Source: Leucoraja erinacea (taxonomy: Eukaryota). From it: DNA of 51,362 nucleotides. Position 1 is the stretch's first letter. Each line of letters begins with the position of its first letter. Below the pieces are notes generated by a model. It was not told the origin of the DNA. It did not search any database and worked only from the letters and a program-made list of their open reading frames with translations. The DNA lies in the NCBI RefSeq assembly GCF_028641065.1, contig NW_026576056.1:186001-237362 (forward strand), read 5' to 3'. A program made the translations under genes and the position numbers. Of this stretch, positions 37,570 through 49,119 are shown one piece after another.

Positions 37570-38855
37570 ATGTCAGGACTTTCATATGAAGAAAGACTGG
37601 ACAGACTCGGCTTGTACTCGCTAGAATTTAGAAGATTGAGGGGGGATCTTGTAGAAACTTACAAAATGCTTCAAGGGTTGAACAGGCCAGACGCAGGCCG
37701 ATTTTTCCCGATGTTGGGGAAGTCCAGAACAAGGGGTCACAGTTTAAATATAAAGGGGAAATCTTTTAGGACTGAGATGAGAAAAACATTTTTCACACAG
37801 AGAGTGGTGAATCTCTGGAATTCTCTGCCACAGACGGTAGTTGAGGCCAGTTTATTGGCTATATTTAAGAGGAAGTTAGACGTGGCGCTTGTGGGGGTGG
37901 GGGGGGGGGGGGGGGGGGGAACTATCTTTCAGGGTCCCTACCTGGTCGGAGAGGCGGCTTTTCTCCGGGCTGCAGTTTCGACCCGTCCTCGCGGCCTGCC
38001 AGCCGGCCTGGAGCGGCGTTTCCTGTCGGGGACCGCCCAGAACCAAGGCTTCGGCAGCGGCACAGCGCTGGAGCGCTGTCGCGGAACAGAGCGGGCGATG
38101 CCTTGCCTGGGTCGCCGCGCTGGAGCTCCGGTGAGCTGCGGGACTGCGGAGCGGCCAACTGCGGAGCGGCGGCGTTGACTTTAACATCGGGAGCCTGGGA
38201 TCTCTCGATGAGATCGCCAGTAGTGGAGCTCCATCCGGCGCGGCCTTGTTGGCTTTGGAAGCCGCGGCCTCCAGTACGGAAGCGACCGTTCCAGGTGTCC
38301 CATGCCGCTGTGAGGGTTCTCCCGACGCCCGAGCACCATCACCCGGCGAGAACGGCCTGGAACATCGGGTCTCCGTGGAGGCAACTGTGGAGGCCTAAAT
38401 AGGCCCGACTATGGGTGAACTGGGGATGGGGACTGGACATTGTGCCTTCCCTCATAATAGGAACCATTGTGGGGGGATGTTACAAAATTCTTAAGGGGTT
38501 GGACAGGCTAGATGCAGGAAGATTGTTCCCGATGTTGGGGAAGTCCAGGACAAGGGGTCACAGCTTAAGGATAAGGGGGAAATCCTTTAAAACCGAGATG
38601 AGAAGAACTTTTTTCACACAGAGGGTGGCGAATCTCTGGAATTCTCTGCCACAGAGGGTAGTTGAGGCCAGTTCATTGGCTATATTTAAGAGGGAGTTAG
38701 ATGTGGCCCTTGTGGCTAAGGGGATCAGGGGGTATGGAGAGAAGGCAGGTACGGGGTACTGAGTTGGATGATCAGCCATGATCATATTGAATGGCGGTGC
38801 AGGCTCGAAGGACCGAATGGCCTACTCCTGCACCTAATTTCTATGTTTCTATGTT
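37570..38855 (+). mobile_element. CR1 family A fragments (37570-37890, 38480-38855) flanking a GC-rich unclassified insert; fills most of the V3-J interval
   Basis: ORF2 motifs; no RSS-flanked D seen. Confidence 0.8.
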
Positions 38856-39155
38856 ATTTATGTTTAAATCTCTTATTAATGTTATGTCTGTATTCCTTCT
38901 TTATGTGCTGCATGGCAAGAAGCATTTCACTACACCTGGGTGTATGTGACCATTAAAATATATTCTATTCTATTTGTGGCTCTGGGGGTTATTCATGTCA
39001 CCAGACAGATACTAGGAATGGGCGTGCAGGAGCAAGAGGGAGACGGACCTATCTCATTTCCTCACGTTCATGTATGTGACACGAGGCGCTAGGAGCACGT
39101 AACGATGATTCATGCTCCCGTCGCCATGTGACACGACAGGCAGCAGAGAGGAAAG

Positions 39156-39183
39156 AGTTTTTGTATTACGTTGTACCACTGTG
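39156..39183 (+). other. 12-RSS of the plus-strand J
   Basis: AGTTTTTGT, 12 bp, CACTGTG; near-perfect consensus. Confidence 0.95.
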
Positions 39184-39249
39184 CGTCGAATGCTCAAAAG
39201 AACGGCAAACTCGTATTTGGGTCCGGCACCGCGCTGTATGTTAAACCCA
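39184..39249 (+). CDS. TCR J segment SNAQKNGKLVFGSGTALYVKP (66 nt)
   Basis: FGSGT motif; GTAAGT donor at 39250, phase 1, compatible with the C exon at 41534. Confidence 0.95.
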
Positions 39250-39410
39250 GTAAGTACCAGGATATTTAACGTGCTCCCTTAAGTTTCCCTTCAATTTGCT
39301 AGTTCAAACTTGCACTGAGCTTCCTGGCGTACGATGCATTTGGCCGCACCAATGTCCATTGCATGCGAAGGACGGAGGGAGCTTTAGTGAAGGAATGGGA
39401 TATAAACAAA

Positions 39411-39790
39411 TGCCCTTGTCCCGCTTAGGAAACCCGAACGGAAACCTCTGGAGACTTTGCGCCCCACCCAAGGTTTCCGTGCGGTTCCCGGAGGTTTTTG
39501 TCAGTCTCCCTAATGGTCGAGAGTGTTTTCCACTTCTTCTATGTTCCGACGATTATTTCAAAACAAAACAAAATTAAAAACCGGCCGCGACTTGCCGTTT
39601 TTAAAATCGGTAATTTTTTAGTCGTAGCCGGTTGCGATGCTAGTTGAAGGTGGTTGCCGGAGGTTGCAGGTAGCGGAAGGTCTTACCATTAGGGAGACTG
39701 ATAAAAAACCTCAGAGAACCACACGGAAACCTTGAGTGGGGTGCAAAGTCTCCAGAGGTTTCCGTTCAGGATTCCTAAGTGGGACAGGGG
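39411..39790. mobile_element. Palindromic MITE, same family as 20689-20932, in the J-C intron
   Basis: Shared inverted arms. Confidence 0.8.
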
Positions 39791-40313
39791 TCGGTTGCTG
39801 TCGGTTGAAACATATTCCGATGCAAATCCTTCGACCGTGAGAATGGTTTTCCTAAATTCGGAACCTTTTCAACCGATTTCATGAAGTAAGATTAGAACCA
39901 GTGAAATAATGTAAGATGTTTATTTAAATTGGTTGTCCCTCCGTCCCTGCCGCGAATATGTGTTTAGTTTAGTAAAGTTCAGAGTTGATAAAATATCTGC
40001 ATCTCTTATGTAGCATCATTGTGAATCTCACGAGCTATCCTGCAACGTGGCGTCTAGAAATATACACATTGCTCGAAAAGATAAAAACCCCATTAGTTCA
40101 TCAACTGTGGGGCAACTTATTAACTATTAGCAGAGGTTAACTGTGATGTTCTGCAAAACTGTTCAGTTAACAAACTAAGTTGGCCGGCGCCCGATCCGAA
40201 TGTCAGATGGCGCCATTGCAATATGCGTTTGTGCTATGTTAGAACCATAGAGACGTAGACAATATGTGCAGGAGGAGGCCATTCGGCCCTTCGAGCCAGC
40301 ACCGACATTTATT

Positions 40314-40960
40314 GAGTGCAGAGAAGGTTCACCAGACTGATTCCTGGGATGTCAGGACTGTCTTATGAAGAAAGACTGGATAGACTTGGTCTGTACTCTC
40401 TAGAATTTAGGAGATTGAGAGGGGATCTTATAGAAACTTACAAAATTCTTAAGGGGTTGGACAGGCTAGATGCAGGAAGATTGCTCCCGATGTTGGGGAA
40501 GTCCAGGACAAGGGGCCACAGCTTAAGGATAAGGGGGAAATCCGTTAAAACCGAGATGAGAAGAACTTTTTTCACACAGAGAGTGGTGAATCTCTGGAAC
40601 TCTCTGCCGCAGAGGGTAGTCGAGGCCAGTTCATTGGCTATATTTAAGAAGGAGTTAGATGTGGCCCTTGTGGATAAAGGGATCAGGGGGTATGGAGAGA
40701 AGGCAGGTACGGGATACTGAGTTGGATGATCAGCCATGATCATATTGAATGGCGGTGCGGGCTCGAAGGGCCGAATGGCCTCCTCCTGCACCTAATTTCT
40801 ATGTTTCTATGTTTCTATGTTAAATTCTAGCGAGTACAAGCCGAGTCTATCCAGTTGTTCTTCATATGAAAGTCCTGACATCCCAGGAATCAGTCTGGTG
40901 AACCTTCTCTGTACTCCCTCTATGGCAAGAATGTCTTTTCTCAGATTAGGAGACCAAAAC
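40314..40960. mobile_element. CR1 family A (plus, 40314-40820) and an inverted fragment (40821-40960)
   Basis: ORF2 motifs. Confidence 0.88.
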
Positions 40961-41533
40961 TTACGTAATACTCGTAATGTGGCCCTTCTGCTATGCATGC
41001 TAGCATAGCATTCGCTTACTTAATAAGGGATACGAATATAAGGAGGGAAATTATCCAAGAGAAATCGTATTACCAAGTCAAGTCAAGTCAAGTCAAGTTT
41101 ATTTGTCACATACACATACGAGATGTGCAGTGAAATGAAAGTGGTAATGCTCGCGGACTTTTGTGCAAAAGACAAACAACAAAACAACCAAACAAATGAT
41201 AAACACAATCATAACACACATATTCTTTTACATAATAAATAATGGAAGGCTCCGTTTGCCCTGAAGTTTAGATTTAAGAGGGGTTCCCTGTCATACTTTG
41301 TTAGTACTAGGGAGTTAGAACTTAGAAATAAGTTAAAAAGGAACATAAAAGTTAAAAACACACACAATTTTCGCGGAGCTGCCACAACGGCGACTGGACA
41401 GGGCCGCGCCATTTAATTTTTTTAATTTTTTTTTTTACCATGTGCTAGGCAAGCGTTCTTGGTGTATCTGTCATGTTGGTCTCACATTTACTAGTGGTGG
41501 TCAGATGATCCTGTTCTTTCCTTGAATTTGCAG

Positions 41534-41842
41534 AAGATAAACCACCCAAAGATCCTCACCTGTTAGTCGTCTATCCGCCCGTGACTCGGAATGGGGAACA
41601 AGTCGGGATCGCGACGGCAGCGGTGTGTCTGCTTTCTGAATTCTTCCCCAAAGAGATCGAAGTTTCAATGAGTGGGCCGACCGTCGCAGGCGCCAACGTC
41701 ACGAGCCCCAGTGTCCGGTCGGGCAACGGGTATTACAGAAGCTCCGGTCACATCTCGTTCCCGCGTGACCAAGATCCAGTCAACGTCGGGTGTGAGGCAA
41801 AGCATAACGGCCGGATTTTCCGAGCAAATCGCAACGTACTTG
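41534..41842 (+). CDS. TRDC: TCR constant region exon 1 (Ig C domain), delta-type
   Basis: TTTGCAG acceptor, GTGAGC donor, phase 1/1. KDKPPKDPHLLVVYPP..TAAVCLLSEFFPKEIEVSM..GYYRSSGHISFPRDQDPVNVGCEAKHNG; two canonical Cys. The TAAVCL and PVNVxCEAKHNG motifs resemble shark C-delta as I recall it; not verified by search. Confidence 0.85.
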
Positions 41843-41969
41843 GTGAGCATGCAGGATGATTAGTGAAATAAGCATGTTTTGCCGCCGCCCATTATATTGC
41901 TAACATGCGCTAAAATGGGGAAGATGCTGGGGTCAATTATTAAATAAGTAATCACAACGCATTTGGATC

Positions 41970-43185
41970 GCATTTTTGAAGATGTTACTAGGAAAATGGA
42001 CAAGGGAGAGCCAGTGGATGCAGTGTACCTGGACTTTCAGAAATAATTTGATAAGGTCCCACATAGGAGATTAGTGGGCAAAATTAGGCCACATGGTATT
42101 GGGGGTAGAGTGCTGACATGGATAGAGAAGTGGTTGGAAGACAGGAAAAAAAGAGTAGGGATTAACGGGTCCCTTTCAGAATTTCATGCAGTGACTAGTG
42201 GGGTATCGCAAGGCTCGGTGCTGGAACCGCAGCTATTTATAATATACATCAGTGATTTGGATAAAGAGATTCAAAGTAACATTAGCAAATTTGCAAATGA
42301 CAAAAAGCTAGGTGGAGGTATGAACTGCGAGGAGGATGCTGCGAGAATGCAGGGAGACTTGGACAGGCTGGGGAGTGGGCAGATGCATGGCAGATGACGT
42401 TTAATGCGGATAAATGTGAGTTTATCCACTTTGGTAGCAAAAACAGGATGGCAGATTACTATCTGAATGGGGTCAAGTTGGGGAAAAGGGTAAGTACAAC
42501 GGGATCTGGGGGTCCTTGTACATCAGTCTATGATAGTAAGCATGCACGTACAGCAGGCAGTGAAGAAAGCGAATGGCATGTTGGCATTTATAACACGAGG
42601 AATCGAATATAGGAGCAAATAGGTCATTTTGCAGTTCTACAGAGCCCAAGTGAGACCACACCTGGAGTATTGTGTGCAGTTTTGGTCCCCTGATTTGAGG
42701 AAGGACATACTTGCTATTGAGGGAGTGCACCGTAGGTTCGCCAGGTTAATTCCCGGGATGGCGGGACTGTCATACGAGGAAAGATTGGAAAGACTGGGGT
42801 TGTTTTCATTGGAATAAAACCACTGGACAAGCTAGATGGACGAAACATGACCGCAATGTTGGGGGAGTCCAAAACCAGGGGCCACAGTTTAAGAATGAAA
42901 AGGAGTCAATTTAAAACTGAGATGATAATTTTCTTTTCACCCAGAGAGTTGTGTATTCGTGGATTTCTCTGCCACAGAAGGCAATAGAGGCCAATTAACT
43001 GGATGCATTTAAACGAGAGACAGAGCTCTAGGGGCTAGCGGATTAAGGGATTTGGGGAGAAGGCAGGCACGGGTTGCTGATGGTGGTAGATCAGCCATGA
43101 TCACAATGAATGGCGGTGCTGGCTGGAAGGGCCAAATGGCCTCCTCTTCTACCTATTTTCTGTGTTTCTATGTTCTATGTTTCTA
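41970..43185 (+). mobile_element. Degraded CR1 RT-to-3' fragment in the first C intron
   Basis: DAVYLDFQK..FDKVPH, SGVSQGSVL, FANDKKL; frameshifts and stops. Confidence 0.9.
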
Positions 43186-43839
43186 CGTTCCCTTCCCATC
43201 ATTAAAAAAATCGCGGATTGTACCTTGTCCATTGAAGATAAAATGAATGTATTATCGTCCGACATGTTCGTAGAATCGTTGCTTTCGGGCGGGGGCTTAA
43301 ACGCGCCGTTTCCCAGACCTGTAGCACGCCCAGTAACTCGAGTGGAGTGGACGACTTTGACAAAAATCTTCGACTCCTTTCGCTCTGCAACCAACATTAA
43401 TTTCAAAAAAAAACCTTGCAAAATATCCCAAAGGAACAGGACTGTGGCGGCTGCGGAGGGTTGAGGTTCCGACCACGGGGGGGGGGGGGGGGGGGTGGAA
43501 AACGGAGGACTGGCCAAATTTTGCACCTTCCACCAGAGTGATTAATTCTGTGGTGGATGTTTGAGTTACATTTTTATTGTGTTTTTGTGTGTTCTTTTTC
43601 ATTGTACCGCTGCTGGCAAATTCATTTCACTTGTACTTTATGTGCAAGAGAAATGAATTTGCCAGCAGCGGTACAATGAAAAAGTTTACTTTATGTGCAA
43701 GTGACGAATAAAACTGATTGGGTGATTGATTGATTGAACTCCCAGTAACTGCAATGTGACAACAACAACAATCCTAACGATCAATAACAAGAATCAAATC
43801 ACAAACCCACTTATTTTATTTTTACTTCTTCATTTTTAG

Positions 43840-43893
43840 GTTGGGTCAGATGTACAAGGAAGTCAATTGGATGGCAAATGGACGATGTAACGG
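43840..43893 (+). CDS. Probable C exon 2 (connecting peptide with interchain Cys), GWVRCTRKSIGWQMDDVT
   Basis: Long T-rich tract and TAG acceptor, GTAAAT donor, 54 nt, phase 1/1, single Cys. The true exon could instead lie in the N gaps at 44254-44850. Confidence 0.6.
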
Positions 43894-44019
43894 GTAAATA
43901 TTTCGGGCACGACATGCCAAATATAGAATGTTTTATGGTGGAAATGGCAGAGAGGAATGAACAATGGAATGCACGAATAGAAATATCAAGGGACGAAGTG
44001 CTGACGGGCATCTGCATGT

Positions 44020-44097
44020 GTGGATGTGTGGATGGGTGGATGGGTGGATGGGTGGATGGGTGGATGGGTGGATGGATGGGTGGATGGGTGGATGGGT
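44020..44097 (+). repeat. (GGAT/GGGT)n microsatellite
   Basis: Direct reading. Confidence 0.9.
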
Positions 44098-44878
44098 TCA
44101 TAGATACCGAAGATGGGGTGAAGGGTATATAGAAAGCCAAAGACATAGAGAAACACAGATGGATAAGTAGCAAGATGGGCAGACAACGGCATGGCTGTGT
44201 AGATAGATGGACAGATTGGCGGACATACAGCTTGAAATACTCCGACAGAGAGGNNNNNNNNNNNNNNNNNNNNNNNNNNNNNNNNNNNNNNNNNNNNNNN
44301 NNNNNNNNNNNNNNNNNNNNNNNNNNNNNNNNNNNNNNNNNNNNNNNNNNNNNNNNNNNNNNNNNNNNNNNNNNNNNNNNNNNNNNNNNNNNNNNNNNNN
44401 NNNNNNNNNNNNNNNNNNNNNNNNNNNNNNNNNNNNNNNNNNNNAAATAAGCAGGCAAATAAGTAGATACATAACGCAAGAAANNNNNNNNNNNNNNNNN
44501 NNNNNNNNNNNNNNNNNNNNNNNNNNNNNNNNNNNNNNNNNNNNNNNNNNNNNNNNNNNNNNNNNNNNNNNNNNNNNNNNNNNNNNNNNNNNNNNNNNNN
44601 NNNNNNNNNNNNNNNNNNNNNNNNNNNNNNNNNNNNNNNNNNNNNNNNNNNNNNNNNNNNNNNNNNNNNNNNNNNNNNNNNNNNNNNNNNNNNNNNNNNN
44701 NNNNNNNNNNNNNNNNNNNNNNNNNNNNNNNNNNNNNNNNNNNNNNNNNNNNNNNNNNNNNNNNNNNNNNNNNNNNNNNNNNNNNNNNNNNNNNNNNNNN
44801 NNNNNNNNNNNNNNNNNNNNNNNNNNNNNNNNNNNNNNNNNNNNNNNNNNAACGAAGAAAGGTAGAGAAGAAGAAACA

Positions 44879-44910
<32 letters not shown>

Positions 44911-44950
44911 TCTAAGGTTAATTTAGGACTATTTTTTTCCATTATTACAG

Positions 44951-45060
44951 AGGTATCAAAGGTGAATTTCATCTCTTTGACGTTGATGGCATTGAGGGTC
45001 CTCCTGTTTAAGAGCATTGCGTTCAATGTCCTGATGACGGCTTGTGTCTGGATGATTTAA
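44951..45060 (+). CDS. TRDC: C transmembrane/cytoplasmic exon EVSKVNFISLTLMALRVLLFKSIAFNVLMTACVWMI*
   Basis: TTACAG acceptor. TCR alpha/delta TM signature with Arg and Lys (LRVLLFKS..FNVLMT). Stop at 45058-45060 followed by a GTGAGG donor, implying a separate 3'UTR exon as in TRAC/TRDC. Confidence 0.93.
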
Positions 45061-45594
45061 GGTGAGGCTGGTTCACTCAAATTGGCACATGGAAAGACAT
45101 CGTGTGGTCGCTGGTCATGTCCGTTAAAACGGTGCAACCAATATCTCTCGACCGTCCATGTCGTTTCTCTCCGCTGGTCCTCCAGCTCCGACCACGTCGT
45201 GAAGTTAGTCCTGAATTATTTAGGTTTTTAAACGTTTGCCCGCGGGAAAGCTGCTCGTCTCCCTCAGTACACATGCCACTGGTTTATATTCTGCCGTTGT
45301 ATAATGATTTCTTAACGTCCTCTGGCCATTTTGGACCTCCACCACATACAATTTCCATATCGTTCTGAAACGTGTCTATATGTGGAACCTGTCTACTTGA
45401 TCTCCATGTCTTTGTTTTATAAAAATCAATTTTCATTGATTCCAACCGTTCTGTGGCATTGTGTTTGAATTACTTGCTTTTAGTCTAGGTAGGATCCACC
45501 CAGCAGAACAGTACTACTTAGATGCATTACAACAGAAAACGGAAATCCCTGTGTGGCTGTAACCTTGCTATAGTAGATTGACAACAACAAGAAG

Positions 45595-46165
45595 TACACC
45601 TGGAGTATTGCGTACAGTTTTGGTCTCCAAATCTGAGGAAGGGCATTATTGCCATAGAGGGAGTGCAGAGACGGTTCACCAGACTGATTCCTGGGATGTC
45701 AGGACTGTCTTATGAAGAAAGACTGGATAGACTTGGTTTATACTCTCTAGAATTTTGGAGATTGAGAGGGGATCTTATAGAAACTTACAAAATTCTTAAG
45801 GGGTTGGACAGGCTAGATGCAGGAAGATTGCTCCCGATGTTGGGGAAGTCCAGGACAAGGGGTCACAGCTTAAGGATAAGGGGGAAATCCTTTAAAACTG
45901 AGATGAGAAGAACTTTTTTTCACCCAGAGAGTGGTGAATCTCTGGAACTCTCTGCCACAGAGGGTAGTCGAGGCCAGTCCATTGGCTATATTTAAGAGGG
46001 AGTTAGATGTGGCCCTGGTGGCTAAGGGGATCAGAGGGTATGGAGAGAAGGCAGGTACGGGATACTGAGTTGGATATCAGCCATGATCATATTGAATGGC
46101 GGTGCAGGCTCGAAGGGCCGAATGGCCTACTCCTGCACCTAATTTCTATGTTTCTATGTTTCTAA
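45595..46165 (+). mobile_element. CR1 family A 3' fragment
   Basis: ORF2 motifs; tail. Confidence 0.9.
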
Positions 46166-46399
46166 GTTCACTAGTCTTTATGTTGGATAATATGTGTATC
46201 TAAAGTCTTTAAATTGGCACCTTCTCAGTCTAGATACAATCTTAACAATGGAGTTGGGATATTTATGAATGAATTCTCCAAACGTGCTTCCTCACGAAGA
46301 TCCCTCCATCCGCAGATGCGATTGAGATCTAAAAGGAAAGTTTAACACTCACAACAAGCCAAAGAAATTTCCTCGACTACAGTACAATAACCGGGAAAA

Positions 46400-46882
46400 A
46401 AAATAATATTAAAATTTTGGAAAGGCCCTACAACCCCCACAATTAAAATGTGGATTGTGGAAATGTCGGAGGTCCTTTATCTAGAAATAATTAGACTTGT
46501 CTTAATGGACAAAGAAGAACTTTTTGATAAAATATGGGCTCCATTCATTAATTATCTGACGGGATAGATTGGTCCAGCACGAAAACCCAACTGAAACTTG
46601 AACTCAGGATTAGATGAAAATTCATACTTTATAATCTACGAACCTATCTGCAATGACGTATTGTAAGTAATCCCTTCCACCTTTTTTTTTGATATTTGTA
46701 ACTCTTTTTTCTCTCTTTCTCTCTTTTTCTATATATATAAAAAAAACACTATCAAAAGTCAACGACAATTGAAAATTTTAAGAATGTATGACTGATGTAT
46801 ATGAAAAGTTTTTTTACTAAAATAACTATACTTTATAATATGTCTACTAATAAAAATGTTATTAAAAAATAAACAAATAAAA
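46400..46882 (+). mobile_element. L1-clade 3' end
   Basis: KFWKGPTTPTIKMWI.. is homologous to KFWKGTSIPTLKMWI in ORF 9113-9679; A-rich tail. Confidence 0.75.
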
Positions 46883-47156
46883 GGATGGTGTAGATAGAAT
46901 GGGTTATGTAATCAATAATTAATAAGAATACATTGCTTCGTAAATGAGACGTGCAGTGTTTGACGTCTGGTTGATCAATCTGAAGGCGCTGAATGCCCCA
47001 TTGCTTGTTTTAAGGGTCAGTTGAAAACTCGTTCTCCTGTAAGGTCGCATATATAATGCGCAAATCTCCAGAAATATTCCCGCAATATTTTCCCAGACCT
47101 GCCTAATATCTTCAGACCCTTTCCCAATTTCACTGCCAAGAATCTGGTTCAATGTA

Positions 47157-47795
47157 GAAAAATAGAAACATAGAAAATAGGTGCAGGTGTAGGCCATTCG
47201 GCCCGTCGAGCCTGCACTGCCATTCAATATGATCATGGCTGATCATCCAACTCAGTATCCCATACCTGCCTTCTCTCCATACCCCCTGACCCCTTTAGCC
47301 ACAAGGGCCACATCTAACTCCCTCTTAAATATAGCCAATGGACTGGCCTCAACAACCTTCTGTGGCAGAGAATTCCACAGATTCACCACTCTCTGTGTGA
47401 AAAATGTTTTTCTCATCTCGATCTTAAAAGACCTTATCCTTGAACTGTGACCCATTGTTCTGGACTTCCCCAACTTCGGGAACAATCTTCCTGCATCTAG
47501 GCTGTCCAACCCCTTAAGAGTTTTGTAAGTTTCTATAAGATCCCCCCTCACTCTTCTAAATTCTAGCCAAGCCTATCCAGTCTATCTTCATATGAAAGTC
47601 CTGACATCCTCAGTCTGGTGAACCTTCTCTGTAATCCCTCTATGGCAAGAATGTCTTTCCTCAGATTAGGAGACCAAAATGTACACAATACTCCAGGTGT
47701 GGTCTCACCAAGACCCTGTACAACTGCAGTAGAACCTCCCTGCTCCTATACTCAAATCATTTTGATATGAATGCTAACATACCATTCGTTTTCTT
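47157..47795 (-). mobile_element. CR1 family A 3' fragment
   Basis: ORF2 motifs; tail. Confidence 0.88.
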
Positions 47796-48186
47796 CATTG
47801 GACATGTCAATACATCGCTGTTACAGTTTGAGGTCTTATTTGCAACAACCAGGACTTTTGATGTTCGCTATCACAACCTTGCTCGAAGGGCCGAATGGCC
47901 TACTCCTGCACCTAATTTCTATGTTTCTAAACGTTTAAGAACACGTAGGTAACGATTCGCTATTTGTTTGAAGGAACTGCAGGTCGTGGTTTAAACAGAA
48001 AATAGACACAAAAAGCTGGAATAACTCAGCGGGTCAGACAGCATCTCTGGAGAGAAGGAATAGGTGAGGTTTCGGGTCGAGACTCTTCTTCAGACCGAGC
48101 CAGGGGGAAAGGAAACGAGTGGTATCGTGAAATATTGAACACATGAACAAAAAATGTAACGATTTGCGTTTGGCCTCACTCTGACA

Positions 48187-49110
48187 CTAGAGGAGACCCA
48201 GGGCAGAAAGGCCAGTGTGGTAGTGAGAAGGGGGATTAAAATATTTGACAACCGGTAGATCAGGTACCAGGTCCGCATGGACTGAGCGAAGGTGTCCAGC
48301 GAAACGGTTGCGAAGTCTACGTTTAGTCTCGCCGATGTGTAAGAGTTCACACCTTGAACAGCGGATACAGAGGCCGAGGTTGGAGGAGGTTTCAGTTACC
48401 CTCTGCCTCACCTGAAAGGAGAGTCGGGGCACCTGGACAGAGTCAAGGCAGGAGGTATAGAAACTTACAAAATTCTTAAGGGGTTGGACAGGCTAGATGC
48501 AGGAAGATTGTTCCCGATGTTGGGGAAGTCCAGGACAAGGCGTCACAGCTTAAGGATAAGGGGGAAATCCTTTAAAACCGAGATGAGGAGAACATTTTTC
48601 ATACAGAGAGTGGTGAATCTTTGGAACTCTCTGCCACAGAGGGTAGTTGAGGCCAGTTCATTGGCTATATTTAAGAGGGAGTTGGATGTGGCCCTTGTGG
48701 CCAAGGGGTTCAGAGGGTATGGAGAGAAGGCAGGTACGGGATACTGAGTTGGATGATCAGCCATGATCATATTGAATGGCGGTGCAGGCTCCAAGGGCCG
48801 AATGGCCTACTCCTGCACCTAATTTCTATGTTTCTATGTTTCTATGTTTCTATGTATAGGGGTATGTGGTGCGTCTCCTGCGTTGCAGGGGAAGGTACCT
48901 GGGGAGGGGGCGATTTGGTTGGGTAGGGATGAGTTAGCCAGGGAGATGTGGAGTGCGCGGTCTCTGCGGAAGACGAGAGGGGTAGAGACGGGAAGATGCG
49001 ACCGGTGATGGGGTCCCTTTCGGAGGTGGCGAAAACGCCGGGGGATTATGTGTTGTATGGGACGGCTGAGGCGGTGAAAGGTAAGGACTACGGGTATTCA
49101 GTCCCTGTTG
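48187..49110 (-). mobile_element. Penelope-like element fragment interrupted by CR1 (plus, 48457-48855)
   Basis: CIRCSRCELLHIGETKRRLRNRFAGH GIY-YIG-type motif. Confidence 0.7.
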
Positions 49111-49119
49111 TGACTAGGG

